Shown here: positions 23,296 through 35,889 of the stretch, piece after piece
Layout: the number at the start of each line of letters is the position of its first letter
How positions within the stretch are numbered: position 1 is the first letter of the stretch
Assembly (NCBI RefSeq): GCF_963921235.1
Contig: NC_086097.1
Span: 102,922,001 to 102,986,000 of the forward strand
DNA length: 64,000 nt
DNA from: Mobula hypostoma
Lineage: Eukaryota
Reading direction: 5' to 3'
The notes under the pieces: model-generated
Told to the model about the DNA's origin: nothing
Database searches by the model: none
The model's input: the letters and a program-made list of their open reading frames with translations, nothing else
Translations under genes and position numbers: made by a program

Positions 23296-26200
23296 CCAGT
23301 TAACTCTTTATAATCTAGCCATTGTACGAAATGTTTAAGTTGTGTCTACCCAGTCTTGGAACCTTTTGACTTCAACTGAGAATTGTCTGCTTCTAGAAAA
23401 TGTAGCAGAACAAACTGAATAAATTTGACACAATGCAATGCATAGAATGTCCTGGAATGGGCTCATTGCCCATGATGCCTCTGACACCAATGGTGCCTAT
23501 TTAAACTAATCCTATCAGCTTGAACACAAAATACTCTGCAGATGCTGGGGTCAAAGCTTGTATAGCCACAACCTTCTGTTCCCTAGCTGTTCATGTGTCT
23601 GTCCAAATGCTGCTTATTCCTATCGTAACCACTTCCCCTATCTCCCAGGCACCTACAAGTAAAAGTGTGTGTCTGTGTCCGTCCCTGTGTCCGTCCATGG
23701 CCATGTAAATCTTTAAACTTGCTCCCCCTCTCAAAACTAAGCAGTCGAGTATTTGGCACTTCCAATCTGGGTAAAAGACTCTGACTACTTACCCTGTTTA
23801 TGTGCTTGTACATTTTTCTTACCAGGTTGATTCTCAGCTCTGACTCACGATATTTAAAGTCTGGCCTTCCCAAGTTTTATACAGCTGCAACATGAATTGC
23901 TGCTTTTATACTTGACTAATTCTGTGCAACTTCCTTATCACCCTATTTACTTGTCACTTTCAGGGAGCTATGGATTTACACCAGCATACACAAGTTTGGG
24001 CACCCCTGGTCAAAATTTCTGTTACCGTGAATAGCTAAGCAAGTAAAAGATGATCTGATTTCCAAAAGGCATGAAGTTAAAGATGACACATTTCTTAAAT
24101 ATTTTAAGCAAGATTAGTTTTTTATTTTCATCTTTTACAGTTTCAAAATAACAAAATAGGATAAGGGCCCGAAGCAAAAGTTTGGGCACCCTGCGTGGTC
24201 AGTACTTAGTAACACCCCCTTTGGCAAGTATCACAGCTTGTAAACGCTTTCTGTAGCCAGCTAAGAGTCTTTCAATTCTTGTTTGGGGGATTTAAGCCCA
24301 TTCTTCCTTGCAAAAGGCTTCTAGTTCTGTGAGATTCTTGGCCGTCTTGCATGCACTGCTCTTTTGAGGTCTATCCACAGATTCTGGATTATATTTAGGT
24401 CAGGGGACTGTGAGGGCCATGGCAAAACCTTCAGCTTGCGCCTCTTGAGGTGGTTAGGATCATTATCCTATTGTAGAAGCCATCCTCTTTTCACCTTCAG
24501 CTTTTTGACAGACGGTGTGATGTTTGCTTCCAGAATTTGCTGGTATTTAATTGAATTCATTCTTCCCTCTACCAGTGAAATGTTCCCTGTGCCACTGGCT
24601 GCAACACAAGCCCAAAGCATGATCGATCCACCCCCTTGCTTAACAGTTGGAGAGGTGTTCTTTTCATGAAATTCTGCACCCCTTTTTCTCCAAACAGACA
24701 GCACCTTTGCTCATTGCGGCCAAAAAGTTCTTTTTTAACTTCCATCAGTCAAAAGGACTTGTTTCCAAAATGCATCAGGCTTGTTTAGAAATTCCTTTCC
24801 AAACTTCTGACGCTGAATTTTGTGGTGAGAACGCAGGAAAGGTTTTCTTCTGATGACTCTTCCATTAACGTCATATTTGTGCAGGTGTCGCTGCACAGAG
24901 AACAGTGCACTGCCACTCCAGAGTCTGCTAAGTCTTCCTGAAGGTCTATTGCAGTCAAACGGGGGTTTTGATTTGCCTTTCTAGCAATCCTACAAGCAGT
25001 TCTCTTGGAAAGTTTTACTTTACTTTATACTTTATTGTCTTTTAAATCTTTTTTATTGAATAAGTATACAAAAAGGTAAGCCATATAGACACTAATACAC
25101 TGTTAGAATATAATAAAATTACAGAAGATATTAATACAAAAAAAATACTACAAACAATGTAATTTAAACATAACATACCAAGGTAACATAATAGTATACT
25201 AATTTTATATATATATCAATAGAGAAAAGGAAACCCTCCCCCAAAAAAAAACCCACCGTGCAACTAACTAAAAGCAAAGCAAAGCAATGGGCTAACTTGT
25301 AACCAAACAGAGTTAAACTTAAAATCACGTCCTCAATCCCGACCTCCATTAAAAACAGTAAAAAAAACAAGAAGGGTATATATTACATTAAATGAAAATA
25401 TTGAATAAAAGATCTCCAAGTCTGTTCAAATTTAAATGAGGAGTCATAAAGATTGCTTCTAATTTTCTCCAGATTCAAGCATAATATCGTCTGAGAAAAC
25501 CAAAAAAAGGTAGTTGGAGCATTAAGCTCTTTCCAATGTTGTAAGATACATCTTTTCACCATTAAAGTAAGAAATGCAATCATTGTACGGGCTGAAGGAG
25601 AAAGATTACTGGAAATTTTAGGTAGTCCAAAGATAGCAGTAATAGGGTGAGGAGAGATATCTATATTCAATACCTTGGAGATAATATTAAAAATGTCTCT
25701 CCAAAAAGTTTCCAAAGTAGGGCAAGACCAAAACATATGAGTTAAAGAGGCTATCTGCCCCGGACATCTATCACAAAAAGGATTAATATGAGAATAAAAG
25801 CGCGCTAACTTATCTTTGGACATATGTGCTCTATGAACAACATTAAATTGAATTAGGGAATGTTTAGCACAGATAGAGGAAGTATTGACTAATTGTAAAA
25901 TCTGCCCCCAGTCATCCACGGAAATGGTAAACCCCAATTCCTGTTCCCAATCTACCCTAATCTTATCAAATGGAGCTTTCCTAAGTTTCATAATAATATT
26001 ATAAATCATAGCCGATGCACCTTTCTGACATGGATTAAGGTTAATTATAGTATTTAAAATGTATGTAGGAGGAAGCATTGGAAAGGAAGAAAGTATAGTA
26101 CTTAGGAAATTTCTAACTTGTAGATATCTAAAAAAATGTATTCTTGATAAATTATATTTATTAGATAATTGTTCAAAAGACATAAGGGAACCATCTAAAA

Positions 26201-27467
26201 ATAAATCCAAAAACCGTGAAATACCCTTAGTCTTCCAAATTTGAAAAGCACGATCCGTAAAAGAGGGAGGAAAAGATATGTTACCTAAAATAGAAATCGC
26301 TAACCCAAATTGATTAAGATCAAAAAATTTTCTGAATTGAAACCAAATACGTAAGGTATATTTAACTATCGGGTTAGACACCTGTTTAAGGCGTTTCAAA
26401 TCAAAAGGAAGAGAGGAACCTAAAATAGAGCCAAGTGTAAAACCCTGAACAGATTGTAATTCCAATGCTACCCGTTTAGGAATGGATAGTATATCCTGGT
26501 CAAGTAACCAGAATTTCATATGTTGAATATTAATTGCCCAATAATAAAATCTAAAGTTAGGTAATGCTAAGCCTGCATCTCTCTTAGCTTTCTGTAAATG
26601 TATTTAACCCAGTCTTGGGTTTTTATTCTGCCAAATAAATGAAGAAATTTTAGAGTCAACTTTGTCAAAAAAAGATTTTGGAACAAAGATTGGTAATGCC
26701 TGAAATATATATAAAAATTTTGGCAAAAAAAAATCTTAACTGCATTAATACGACCAATCAAAGTTAAATATAAAGGAAACCATTTAGATGAAAGTTGAAT
26801 AATATGGTCTATTAATGGTAAAAAGTTAGTCTTAAATAAATCTTTGTATTTACAAGTAATTTTAATCCCAAGATATGAAAAATAATTATTAATCAATTTA
26901 AATGGAAATTTATAATATAAGGGAAGTTGTTTATTAATCGGAAAGAGTTCACTCTTACTAAGATTTAATTTATAACCTGAAAAAAGACCAAATTGTGCTA
27001 ATAGCTCTAAAACAGCCGGGATGGATTTTTGAGGATTAGAAATATATAAAAGTAAATCATCAGCATAGAGTGATAATTTATGGGACTTTAAGCCCCGAGT
27101 TATCCCAGTAATATTTGGAGATTCTCGAATGGCAATTGCAAGAGGTTCTAATGCAATATCAAATAATAAGGGACTAAGAGGACAACCTTGTCGAGTACCT
27201 CGAAAAAGAGGGAAAAAAGGTGAATTTAAAGAGTTAGTACGGACCGAGGCCACAGGAGAATGATATAACAGTTTAATCCAGGATATAAATTTCGAGCTAA
27301 AATTAAACATTTCAAGCACCTTAAATAAATAAAGCCATTCTACTCTATCAAAAGCTTTCTCAGCATCTAAAGAGATAACACACTCAGGAACATTTTGTGA
27401 GGGAGTATAAACGATATTTAACAGTGTGCGAATATTATAAATAGAGTAACGACCTTTAATAAAACCC

Positions 27468-29006
27468 AAACAAAAGGAATTCTGCAGATGCTGGAAATTC
27501 AAGCAACATACATCAAAGTTGCTGGTGAACGCAGCAGGCCAAGCAGCATCTATAGGAAGAGGCGCAGTTGACGTTTCAGGCCGAGACCTTTCGTCAGGAC
27601 TAACTGAAGGAAGAGTGAGTAAGGGATTTGAAAGCTGGAGGAGGAGGGGGAGATCCAAAATGATAGGAGAAGACAGGAGGGGGAGGGGGGATAGAGCCGA
27701 GAGCTGGACAGGTGATAGGCAAAAGGGGATACGAGAGGATCATGGGACAGGAGGTCCGGGAAGAAAGACAAGGTGGGGGGGGTGACCCAGAGGATGGGCA
27801 AGAGGTATATTCAGAGGGACAGAGGGAGAAAAAGGAGAGTGAGAGAAAGAATGTGTGCATAAAAATAAGTAACAGATGGGGTATGAGGGGGAGGTGGGGC
27901 CTTAGCGGAAGTTAGAGAAGTCGATGTTCATGCCATCAGGTTGGAGGCTACCCAGATGGAATATAAGGTGTTGTTCCTCCAACCTGAGTGTGGCTTCATC
28001 TTTACAGTAGAGGAGGCCGTGGATAGACATGTCAGAATGGGAATGGGATGTGGAATTAAAATGTGTGGCCACTGGGAGATCCTGCTTTCTCTGGCGGACA
28101 GAGCGTAGATGTTCAGCAAAGCGGTTTCCCAGTCTGCGTTGGGTCTCGCCAATATATAAAAGGCCACATCGGGAGCACCGGACGCAGTATATCACCCCAG
28201 TCGACTCACAGGTGAAGTGATGCCTCACCTGGAAGGACTGTTTGGGGCCCTGAATGGTGGTAAGGGAGGAAGTGTGAGGGCATGTGTAGCACTTGTTCCG
28301 CTTACACGGATAAGTGCCAGGAGGGAGATCAGTGGGGAGGGATGGGGGGGACGAAAGGACAAGGGAGTTGTGTAGGGAGCGATCCCTCCGGAATGTAGGG
28401 GGGGGGGGAGGGAAAGATGTGCTTAGTGGTGGGATCCCGTTGGAGGTGGCGGAAGTTACGGAGAATAATATGTTGGACCCGGAGACTGGTGGGGTGGTAG
28501 GTGAGGACCAGGGGAACCCTATTCCTAGTGGGGTGGTGGGAGGATGGAGTGAGAGCAGATGTACATGAAATGGGGGAGATGTGTTTAAGAGCAGAGTTGA
28601 TAGTGGAGGAAGGGAAGCCCCTTTCTTTAAAAAATGAAGACATCTCCCTCGTCCTAGAATGAAAAGCCTCATCCTGAGAGCAGATGCGGCGGAGACGGAG
28701 GAATTGCGAGAAGGGGATGGCGTTCTTGCAAGAGACAGGGTGAGAAGAGGAATAGTCCAGATAGCTGTGAGAGTCAGTAGGCTTATAGTAGACATCAGTG
28801 GATAAGCTGTCTCCAGAGACAGAGACAGAAAGATCTAGAAAGGGGAGGGAAGTGTCGGAAATGGACCAGGTAAACTTGAGGGCAGGGTGAAAGTTGGAGG
28901 CAAAGTTAATAAAGTCAACGAGTTCTGCATGCGTGCAGGAAGCAGCGCCAATGCAGTCGTCGATGTAGCGAAGGAAAAGTGGGGGACAGATACCAGAATA
29001 GGCACG
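27468..29006 (-). mobile_element. Penelope-like element (RT C-half, GIY-YIG endonuclease, pLTR), 5'-truncated
   Basis: 13-bp TSD tttaataaaaccc (27455-27467 / 29007-29019); LRYIDD, LPFLD, VYYKPT; VIYCVRCSRCGLLYIGETQRRL; stop at 27902. Confidence 0.95.
27566..27601 (-). ncRNA. Minimal hammerhead ribozyme motif in the Penelope pLTR
   Basis: AGTC-CTGACGA-A-AGG(TCTCGG)CCT-GAAA-CG-TC-AACT; stem I has one mismatch. Confidence 0.75.
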
Positions 29007-32000
29007 TTTAATAAAACCCGTTTGGCCTTCCGAAATAATAGAAGGAAGTACTTTTTCTAATCTATTTGCTAATAACTTAGAAAAAACTTTAGAATCAACA
29101 TTTAATAAAGATATTGGTCTATAAGATGCACATTGAGCAGGATCTTTATCCTTCTTTAATATTAGAGAAATTGACACTCTATTGAAAGATTCAGGAAGTT
29201 TACCAAGTTTCAATGAAGCCTCAAAAACCCTACAGAGCCAAGGGATTAATGAAGGAGCAAAACATTTATAAAATTCTACGGTAAACCCATCAGGGCCAGG
29301 AGCTTTCCCCAAATTCATAGAGAAAATAACATTCTTAATCTCATCCATGGTAATGGGAGTATCTAACATAGAAGAGATATCCTGTGAAATCTCAGGGAAG
29401 TCTAAATTATCTAAAAAATCATTCATATATTTAGAATCTCGAGGAGACTCTGATTGATATAAGGAAGAGTAAAAATCACAGAAGGTTTGATTAATCCCCA
29501 CATGATCAAGTATCAGTCGATCATTTTGGTTATAAATCTGATTAATTTGAGATTTAGCATAATTAGACTTCAATTGATTAGCCAACAGTTTGCCAATTTT
29601 GTCACTGTGTACATAAAATTCACTTGTTTTCTTTAATTGGTTTACAATCGAGGACGAGAGTAATAAACTGTGTTCCATTTGAAGTTCAGTTCTTTGTTTA
29701 TATAACTCCTCAGAAGGAGCTATAACATATTTCTTATCAATTTCCTTAATCTTGTCCACAATTACCAACTCCTCCTGCTTCAGCTTCTTCCTCAAAGCAG
29801 CAGAATACGAGATAATCTGACCACGAATATAAGCTTTAAAAGTGTCCCAAAGAATGTTGACAGAAATATCCTCTGTATAGTTAATTGTAAAAAAAAGATC
29901 AATCTGTTCATTCATAAAATTAACAAAGTCCGAGTCATGAAGCAACAGCGAATTAAAACGCCATTGTCTATTATTTTGTATATTGGCCTGAATTTTAATA
30001 GAAAGCTTAAGTGGAGCATGATCCGAAATGGTTATAGACTCATAATCACATTTAATCACTGAGGAAATAAGACGAGAATCAATAAAGAAATAATCAATTC
30101 TTGAATAGGAATGATGAACATGTGAAAAAAAAGAAAAATCTTTTTCCTGAGGATGCAAAAAACGCCAAATGTCCGTTGACCCAGAATCAGAAAGGAATGA
30201 ATTAATCAAAGTTGCAGATTTATTAGGTAAGGTCCGTAAAGGAGCCGAACAGTCCAAAGCTGGAGACAAACAGGTATTAAGATCTCCGCCCCAGATCAAT
30301 GAAAACTCATTCAAATTCGGAAACTGATTAAATAATGATTTATAAAATTCCGGACAGTCCATATTAGGAGCATAAACATTAACCAAAACTACTTTTTTAT
30401 TAAATAGTAAACCACTAACCAATAGAAATCTACCATTCGGATCAGAAATAATATCATGTTGTATAAAAGTAACTGAGGAGTCTATAAAAATAGAGACGCC
30501 TCGAATCTTCGCATTGGAGTTCGAATGAAACTGTTTCCCTTCCAGAATTTAAAAAAACGTAGTCTGTCCCCCCTCCGCACATGGGTCTCTTGTAAAAATA
30601 AAATTTGTGCTTTAAGTTTCCGGAACACTTTAAAAACTTTTTTCCTTTTAATAGGATGATTAAGACCATTAGTATTCCAGGAGACAAAATTAATAATAGA
30701 CTCCATAAACCCTAAAGTCAACCCGCAACAAGAAGGATTGACGATAGGCTCGACCCACGAACCCGGAAAGGGAACAGAACATACAAGAGATACCGGGAAG
30801 AAGAACGCAACCAATACTTCAATAATGTATATAGCCCAAGAAGAAAGAAACTAAAACGTGAAGCCCCTCCCACCACCCCCCACCCCATGACTCCAAGGCT
30901 AAATCTAACGCAGACCAGCCTGAAAGAAGCAAGCACTAAAACTACCCCCATGACTTCTGGTATACGCTCCCTAAAAAATGTGTTAATATAAAAAAGATCA
31001 GCTGATTATAAAACAGTAAAAGAATAAAAAAAGATAACTCAATTAAAATAAACACATAACAGAATAAAAGCCAGAAAATATAAAAAAAACCGCAATAAAC
31101 CCCAGACCCATGAGTAAACAAAACAACAAAAAAAATGAAATTATTAACATAAACTAGTTATAAAAACCTACAAAACAAAATAATTTAAAAAAAACTACAA
31201 AATTTAAGGCCACAAAGGAAATACGTAAAATGACGATAAGGAAGTAACCACCCAGAATCCCCTGGGAAAAAGAAAGAAATGACGCAGTTAAAAAGAAAGT
31301 TTAGCAACCATATTAAGTAATCAAAAATAAACTTTTCTGCCCAAATAGGGCAAAAAAAAATTAAGACCGACAAATTCACAGCCTCCGATCAACGGAGATA
31401 GTTAAAATATTACGATTAAGATGTTGAAGGTGAAAATTGATCCAGATAACTCTGGGCATCCGATGGAGATTCTAAAAAACGGAGGGCTCTATCCAGCGTA
31501 CGAATCCTTAAACGTGCAGGATAAAGCAGCGCTGGTTTTAAATCCGTCTTGTAGAGTTCCGACTTTATACTTTATTGTCGCCAAACAATTCATACTAGAG
31601 CATACAATCATCACAGCGATATTTGATTCTGCTCTTTTTGTGCTCCCTGGAGTACAAATTGATAGTAAATATTAAAAATTTAAATTATAAATCATAAATA
31701 GAAATTAGAAAAGGGAAAGTAAGGTAGTGCAAAAAAAAACCGAGATGCAGGTCCGGATATTTGGAGGGTACGGCCCAGATCCGGGTCTGGATCCATTCAG
31801 CAGTCTTATCACAGTTGGAAAGAAGCTGTTCCCAAATCTGGCCATACGAGTCTTCAAGCTCCTGAGCCTTCTCCCGGAGGGAAGAGGGACGAAAAGTGTG
31901 TTGGCTGGGTGGGTCATGTCCTTGATTATCCTGGCAGCACTGCTCCAACAGTGTGCAGTGTAAAGTGAGTTTAAGGATGGAAGATAGGTTTGTGTGATGT

Positions 32001-33329
32001 GCTGGGCTGTGTTCACGATCTTCTGCAGCTTCTTCCGGTCTTGGGCAGGACAATTTCCATACCAGGTTGTGATGCACCCCAGAAGAATGCTTTCTACGGT
32101 GCACCTATAAAAATTAGTGAGGGTTTTAGGGGACAGGCCAGATTTCCTTAGCTTCCTCAGGAAGTAAAGGTGCTGGTGGGCCTTCTTGGCAGTGAACTCT
32201 GCTTGGTTGGACCAAGTCAGATCATTTGTGATATTGACCTCGAAGAACTTAAAGCTTTTGACCTGTTCCACTTGCGTACCACCGATGTAAATGGGGTCGT
32301 GCGGTCCGCTACTCCTTCTGAAGTCAACAACCAATTCCTTCGTCTTGCTGACATTGAGGGATAGGTTATTGTCTTCGCACCATGCCACCAGGTTCTTAAT
32401 TTCCTCTCTGTACTCAGACTCATCATTATCCGAGATACGGCCTACAACACAGACCTCCAGACCTTCCAGGCCTCAACTTGATCTCCACCATTCCTGTTAA
32501 CTGCCATTTCTTAATTACATTACGAACTGAGGAAACGGCTACCTGAAAACGCTTTGCTATCTTCTTATAGCCTTCTCCTGCTTTGTGGGCAGCATTTATC
32601 TTAATTTTCAGAGTGCTAGGCAGCTGCTTAGAGGAGCCCATGGCTGCTGATGGTTGGGTCAAGGTTTGAGCAGTCAGAGTATAAAGCTTTGAAATTTGCA
32701 TCACCTGGCCTTTCCTAACGATGATTGTGAACAAGCCATAGCCCTAAGAGGCTAATTAAGGTCTGAGACCTTTGTAAAAGTTATCTGAGAGTTCAAATCT
32801 CTTGGGGTGCCCAAACTTTTGCATAGCGCTCCTTTCCTTTTTTTTAATCTTAAAATTATACATCTTAACTTGGGACTTTTGGAGATCAGTTCATCTTGTA
32901 CGCACTTAACTATTCACAGTAACAGAAATTTTGACCTGGGGTGCCCAAACATTTGCATACATCCCAAGGTTCCTCTGAATATCAGTGCTCCACAGGTTCT
33001 TGCTACATACTGTATACTCCACCTTCCATTTCTTCATCTGTATTTCCAGTCAATCTGTATCCTTCTAAATCCTTTGACAACTTTCTGCACTGTTCACCTC
33101 TCACATTTTGTGTTGGCTGTAAACTTGCTAATCAGCCCACATATATTTCCATCCAAATCAAATATAAGGTCCCTACACTGATCTGGTCACAGACATCCAG
33201 TCAGAATAACATCTCTCCACCACTGCCCGCTGCCTTCCTTGGCCACAGTGATCTTGAATCTAATCTACCATGTCACCATTTCTCTTATGAGAGATCTTGA
33301 AAAAGGAACTTGTGCTTTCCAGGCATAAA

Positions 33330-33420
33330 TGACGAATAAACTCTTCTCTGGCTTCTAGCCCGGTACAAGTATTGATTATAACCGACGCTTCGATGACAAA
33401 CTCTGCCATCTTCATCAGGG
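33330..33420 (-). mobile_element. Short pLTR fragment of a second Penelope family
   Basis: Interrupts CR1 sequence just before acaacat and carries a hammerhead-like motif; no clear TSD. Confidence 0.65.
33382..33420 (-). ncRNA. Minimal hammerhead ribozyme motif (family 2; GAAA core reads GAAG)
   Basis: CC-CTGATGA-A-GATGGCA(GAGTT)TGTCATC-GAAG-CG-TC-GG with a 7-bp stem II. Confidence 0.65.
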
Positions 33421-35889
33421 ACAACATTTACTGCCCCTCCCTCGTCAATCATTGTTTCTTTCTCAAAAGCTTTGATAAAGTCTATCAGACATGACCTCTC
33501 CTATACAGCCACGCTGAGCTGACTGTCCCTATTAAGTCCATGCTTTTCCAGATGTGAGTATACTCTATCCCTAATGCTCTTTGGCAATAATTTCCTTACC
33601 ACTGTTGGCAGGCTTGCTAGGCTATAAAATGTTGAATTATCCCTATTGCCCTTGAACAAAGAAACAATGGTTATTCTCCAGTCCTGCGACATTGCCTGAA
33701 GCTAGAGGCACAGGGATCTCTATCCAGGCCTCAACAAACTGCTTTTTGACGCTAGAATGGAGCACAGTTTATAAATTCTATTTCCTTTTACTAGCACAGT
33801 GACAGTTGAGATTGATTACTGTGTAATGTAGGAAGAAAAGCCGCAACAATACAGATATTTTTGACTAAAATCAATGTAAAGCTCTAAGGTGTTGCTGATG
33901 CAAGGGCTATTATTTTTCTATGAATGTTGATTAATTCAGGATTTTTTTCTGAAGTATAGACATCACGAAACTGTCTGATATTGTATCATTCAGTTTTGTA
34001 ATGAAGCTGAACAATTCACCCTTCCGTGTGGGTGAATTTGTATTCACATTTTACTGCTGTGTGACTGTTAGATATTTTAGATTTTCTTTCACTTCCAATC
34101 TTGAGGGTCTGATTCTTATTACTATGTTTATATATGACAGTTAGATCTATTGTGATATCTGTCTGTATCTATTAACTTGCATTTAAATTTGTGCATTTCT
34201 CAATCTTGGACAAGCTGATCCAAAACACTTGGAAAATATATTAACTTGTAACGTGAGGAATGTAGTGGCAATTTTATTAAATCAACTCCCAGATGCTGTG
34301 CATGAAATAATGGTGAGATAGTATTAAATGGAACAAAAACGATGCAAATGCTGAAAATCCAAAGCAAATTCTGAATGCACTCATCCTATCAGAGAAATTT
34401 CCCCTCAATTTCTCCTCATCTCTGAGAGTCATGGGGACAGGCAGGGGGGTCAGGAAGTCATGGAGGGGGTCAGTCCAGAAAAAGGCCCTTCATCCCATCT
34501 CGTCTGTGCCTGGTTATTATGCCTAGCCATATCGACCTGCACCTGAACGTAGCCCTCAATACCTGTCCCATCCATGTACTCATACAAATTTCTCTTAAAT
34601 GCTGAAATAGAAACCCCATTCACCACTTCTGCTGTCAGCTTGATTCACCCACTGAGTGAAGCTCACCCTCGTGTTCCTCTTAAATATTTCACCTATGAAC
34701 TCTAGTTGTAGTCTCACCCAACCCCTATGGAAAAAGTCTGTTTGCATTTATCCTATCTATATTCCTCATAATTTTGTATATCTCTATCAAATCTCTCCTC
34801 AGTCTTCTACGTTCCAGGGAATAAAGTCCTTACCTGTTCAATCTTTCCTTATAACTCAGGTCCTCAAGTCCTGGCAACATCCGTGTAAATTTTCTCTTTA
34901 CTCTTGCCACCCTTCATCTTCAAGGTGCTGTATCTACATTCCAGAGAGTCAAATTCACCTAATTTTTCAGGAGATCATGAAATCACTAGCTTGTTCAGAT
35001 AGTTCAAGAGTAAAGTTCGTAAAGGGAAATTACAGGCTGTGGATTGCAGTGATTGTAGTTCAGAAGAACTATGTTAAACAGGATGTCAAATGACTGAACC
35101 TTCTTGACCAACCTGCCACGTGGGACCATGTCAGAGGCCTTGCCTAAAGTCCGTGTGGACAATATCCATTGCCTTGTCTTCAACTTACTTGGTAACTTCC
35201 TCAAAAAATCGGTCAGACATGACTTGCCATGCACAAAGCCATGTTGACTATCCCAAACAGGCCCTGTCTATCCAAATACTTGCATATCCTGTATCTTAGA
35301 ATACCTTCCAATAATTTTCTCACTACTGACGTCAGACTCACTGGCCTATAATTTCCTGACTTAATCTTTACCCTTTCTTAAACAGTGCAACATTAACAAT
35401 GTGCCAATCTTCCAGTGCCTATGGCAAAGGATGATTTAAATACCTCTGCTAGAGCCCCTGCAATTTCTGCACTAGTCTCCCACAAGGCCCGAAGGGACCC
35501 TTTGTCATGCCCTGGAGATGTATCCACCCTAATTTACCTCTTGACAGCAAGCATCTCCTCCTCTGTAATCTGTATATAGTCCATGACTTCACTGCTGTTT
35601 TGCCTTAGTTCTATATACTGTGTCTGTCTCTGATTAAAATATAGATACATAAAATCCATTTAAAATTCCCATGTCTCTTTGGCTCCATGCATAGATGATC
35701 ATGTTCATCTTCAAGAGGACTAAATTTTGTCCCATGCTGTCCTTTGCTCTTCATGTATCTACATACCTTGGGATTCTGCTTTACCTTGTTTGCAAGAGTA
35801 ATCTCATGCCTTCTTTAAGCCCTCTTGATTTCCTCCTAAGTGTTCTCTTGCAATTCTTATACTCTTCAAGTATCTCATTTGTTCCTTAT

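Larger units (their letters stand above)
25383..30706 (-). pseudogene. L1 ORF2 (APE endonuclease-RT-CCHC), frameshifted and interrupted by Penelope
   Basis: SWNTNGL, LQETH, GGDLN, SRIDYF, SDH, YRPISLLN, LDAEKAFD, RQGCPLSP, LYADD. Confidence 0.92.
25040..31561 (-). mobile_element. L1-clade LINE 1, 5'-truncated within ORF1
   Basis: 18-bp TSD actttatactttattgtc (25022-25039 / 31562-31579); A-rich tail; ORF1 end LLYPARLRI; ORF2 with APE, RT and C-terminal HMFWSCP. Confidence 0.95.
25016..32450 (-). mobile_element. Rex1/Babar-like LINE, 5'-truncated, split by L1 (pieces 25016-25039 and 31562-32450)
   Basis: ORF 31705-32388 WCEDNNLSLNVSKTKELVVDFR...KKAHQHLYFLRKL...NSFFP; repetitive tail. Confidence 0.85.
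23979..32957 (-). mobile_element. Tc1 transposon with IR/DR-type ends, interrupted at 25016-32450
   Basis: Ends aagtttgggcacccctggtcaaaatttctgtta and its complement, each with an inner repeat (24177, 32804); MGSSKQL..GEGYKKIAKRF..GR N-terminus; VKQGGGSIMLWAC DDE region. Confidence 0.92.
23580..33730 (-). mobile_element. CR1 fragment hosting the Tc1 nest (pieces 23580-23978 and 32958-33730)
   Basis: gagctatggatt|TA|catcccaaggttcctctg rejoins across the Tc1; ORFs 23583-23873 and 33501-33692 are CR1-like. Confidence 0.75.

Noticed and set aside
26567..27658. 363-aa ORF as a novel gene
   Set aside because: Its N-terminus is Penelope non-coding pLTR read through into L1 RT, an artefact of the nesting.
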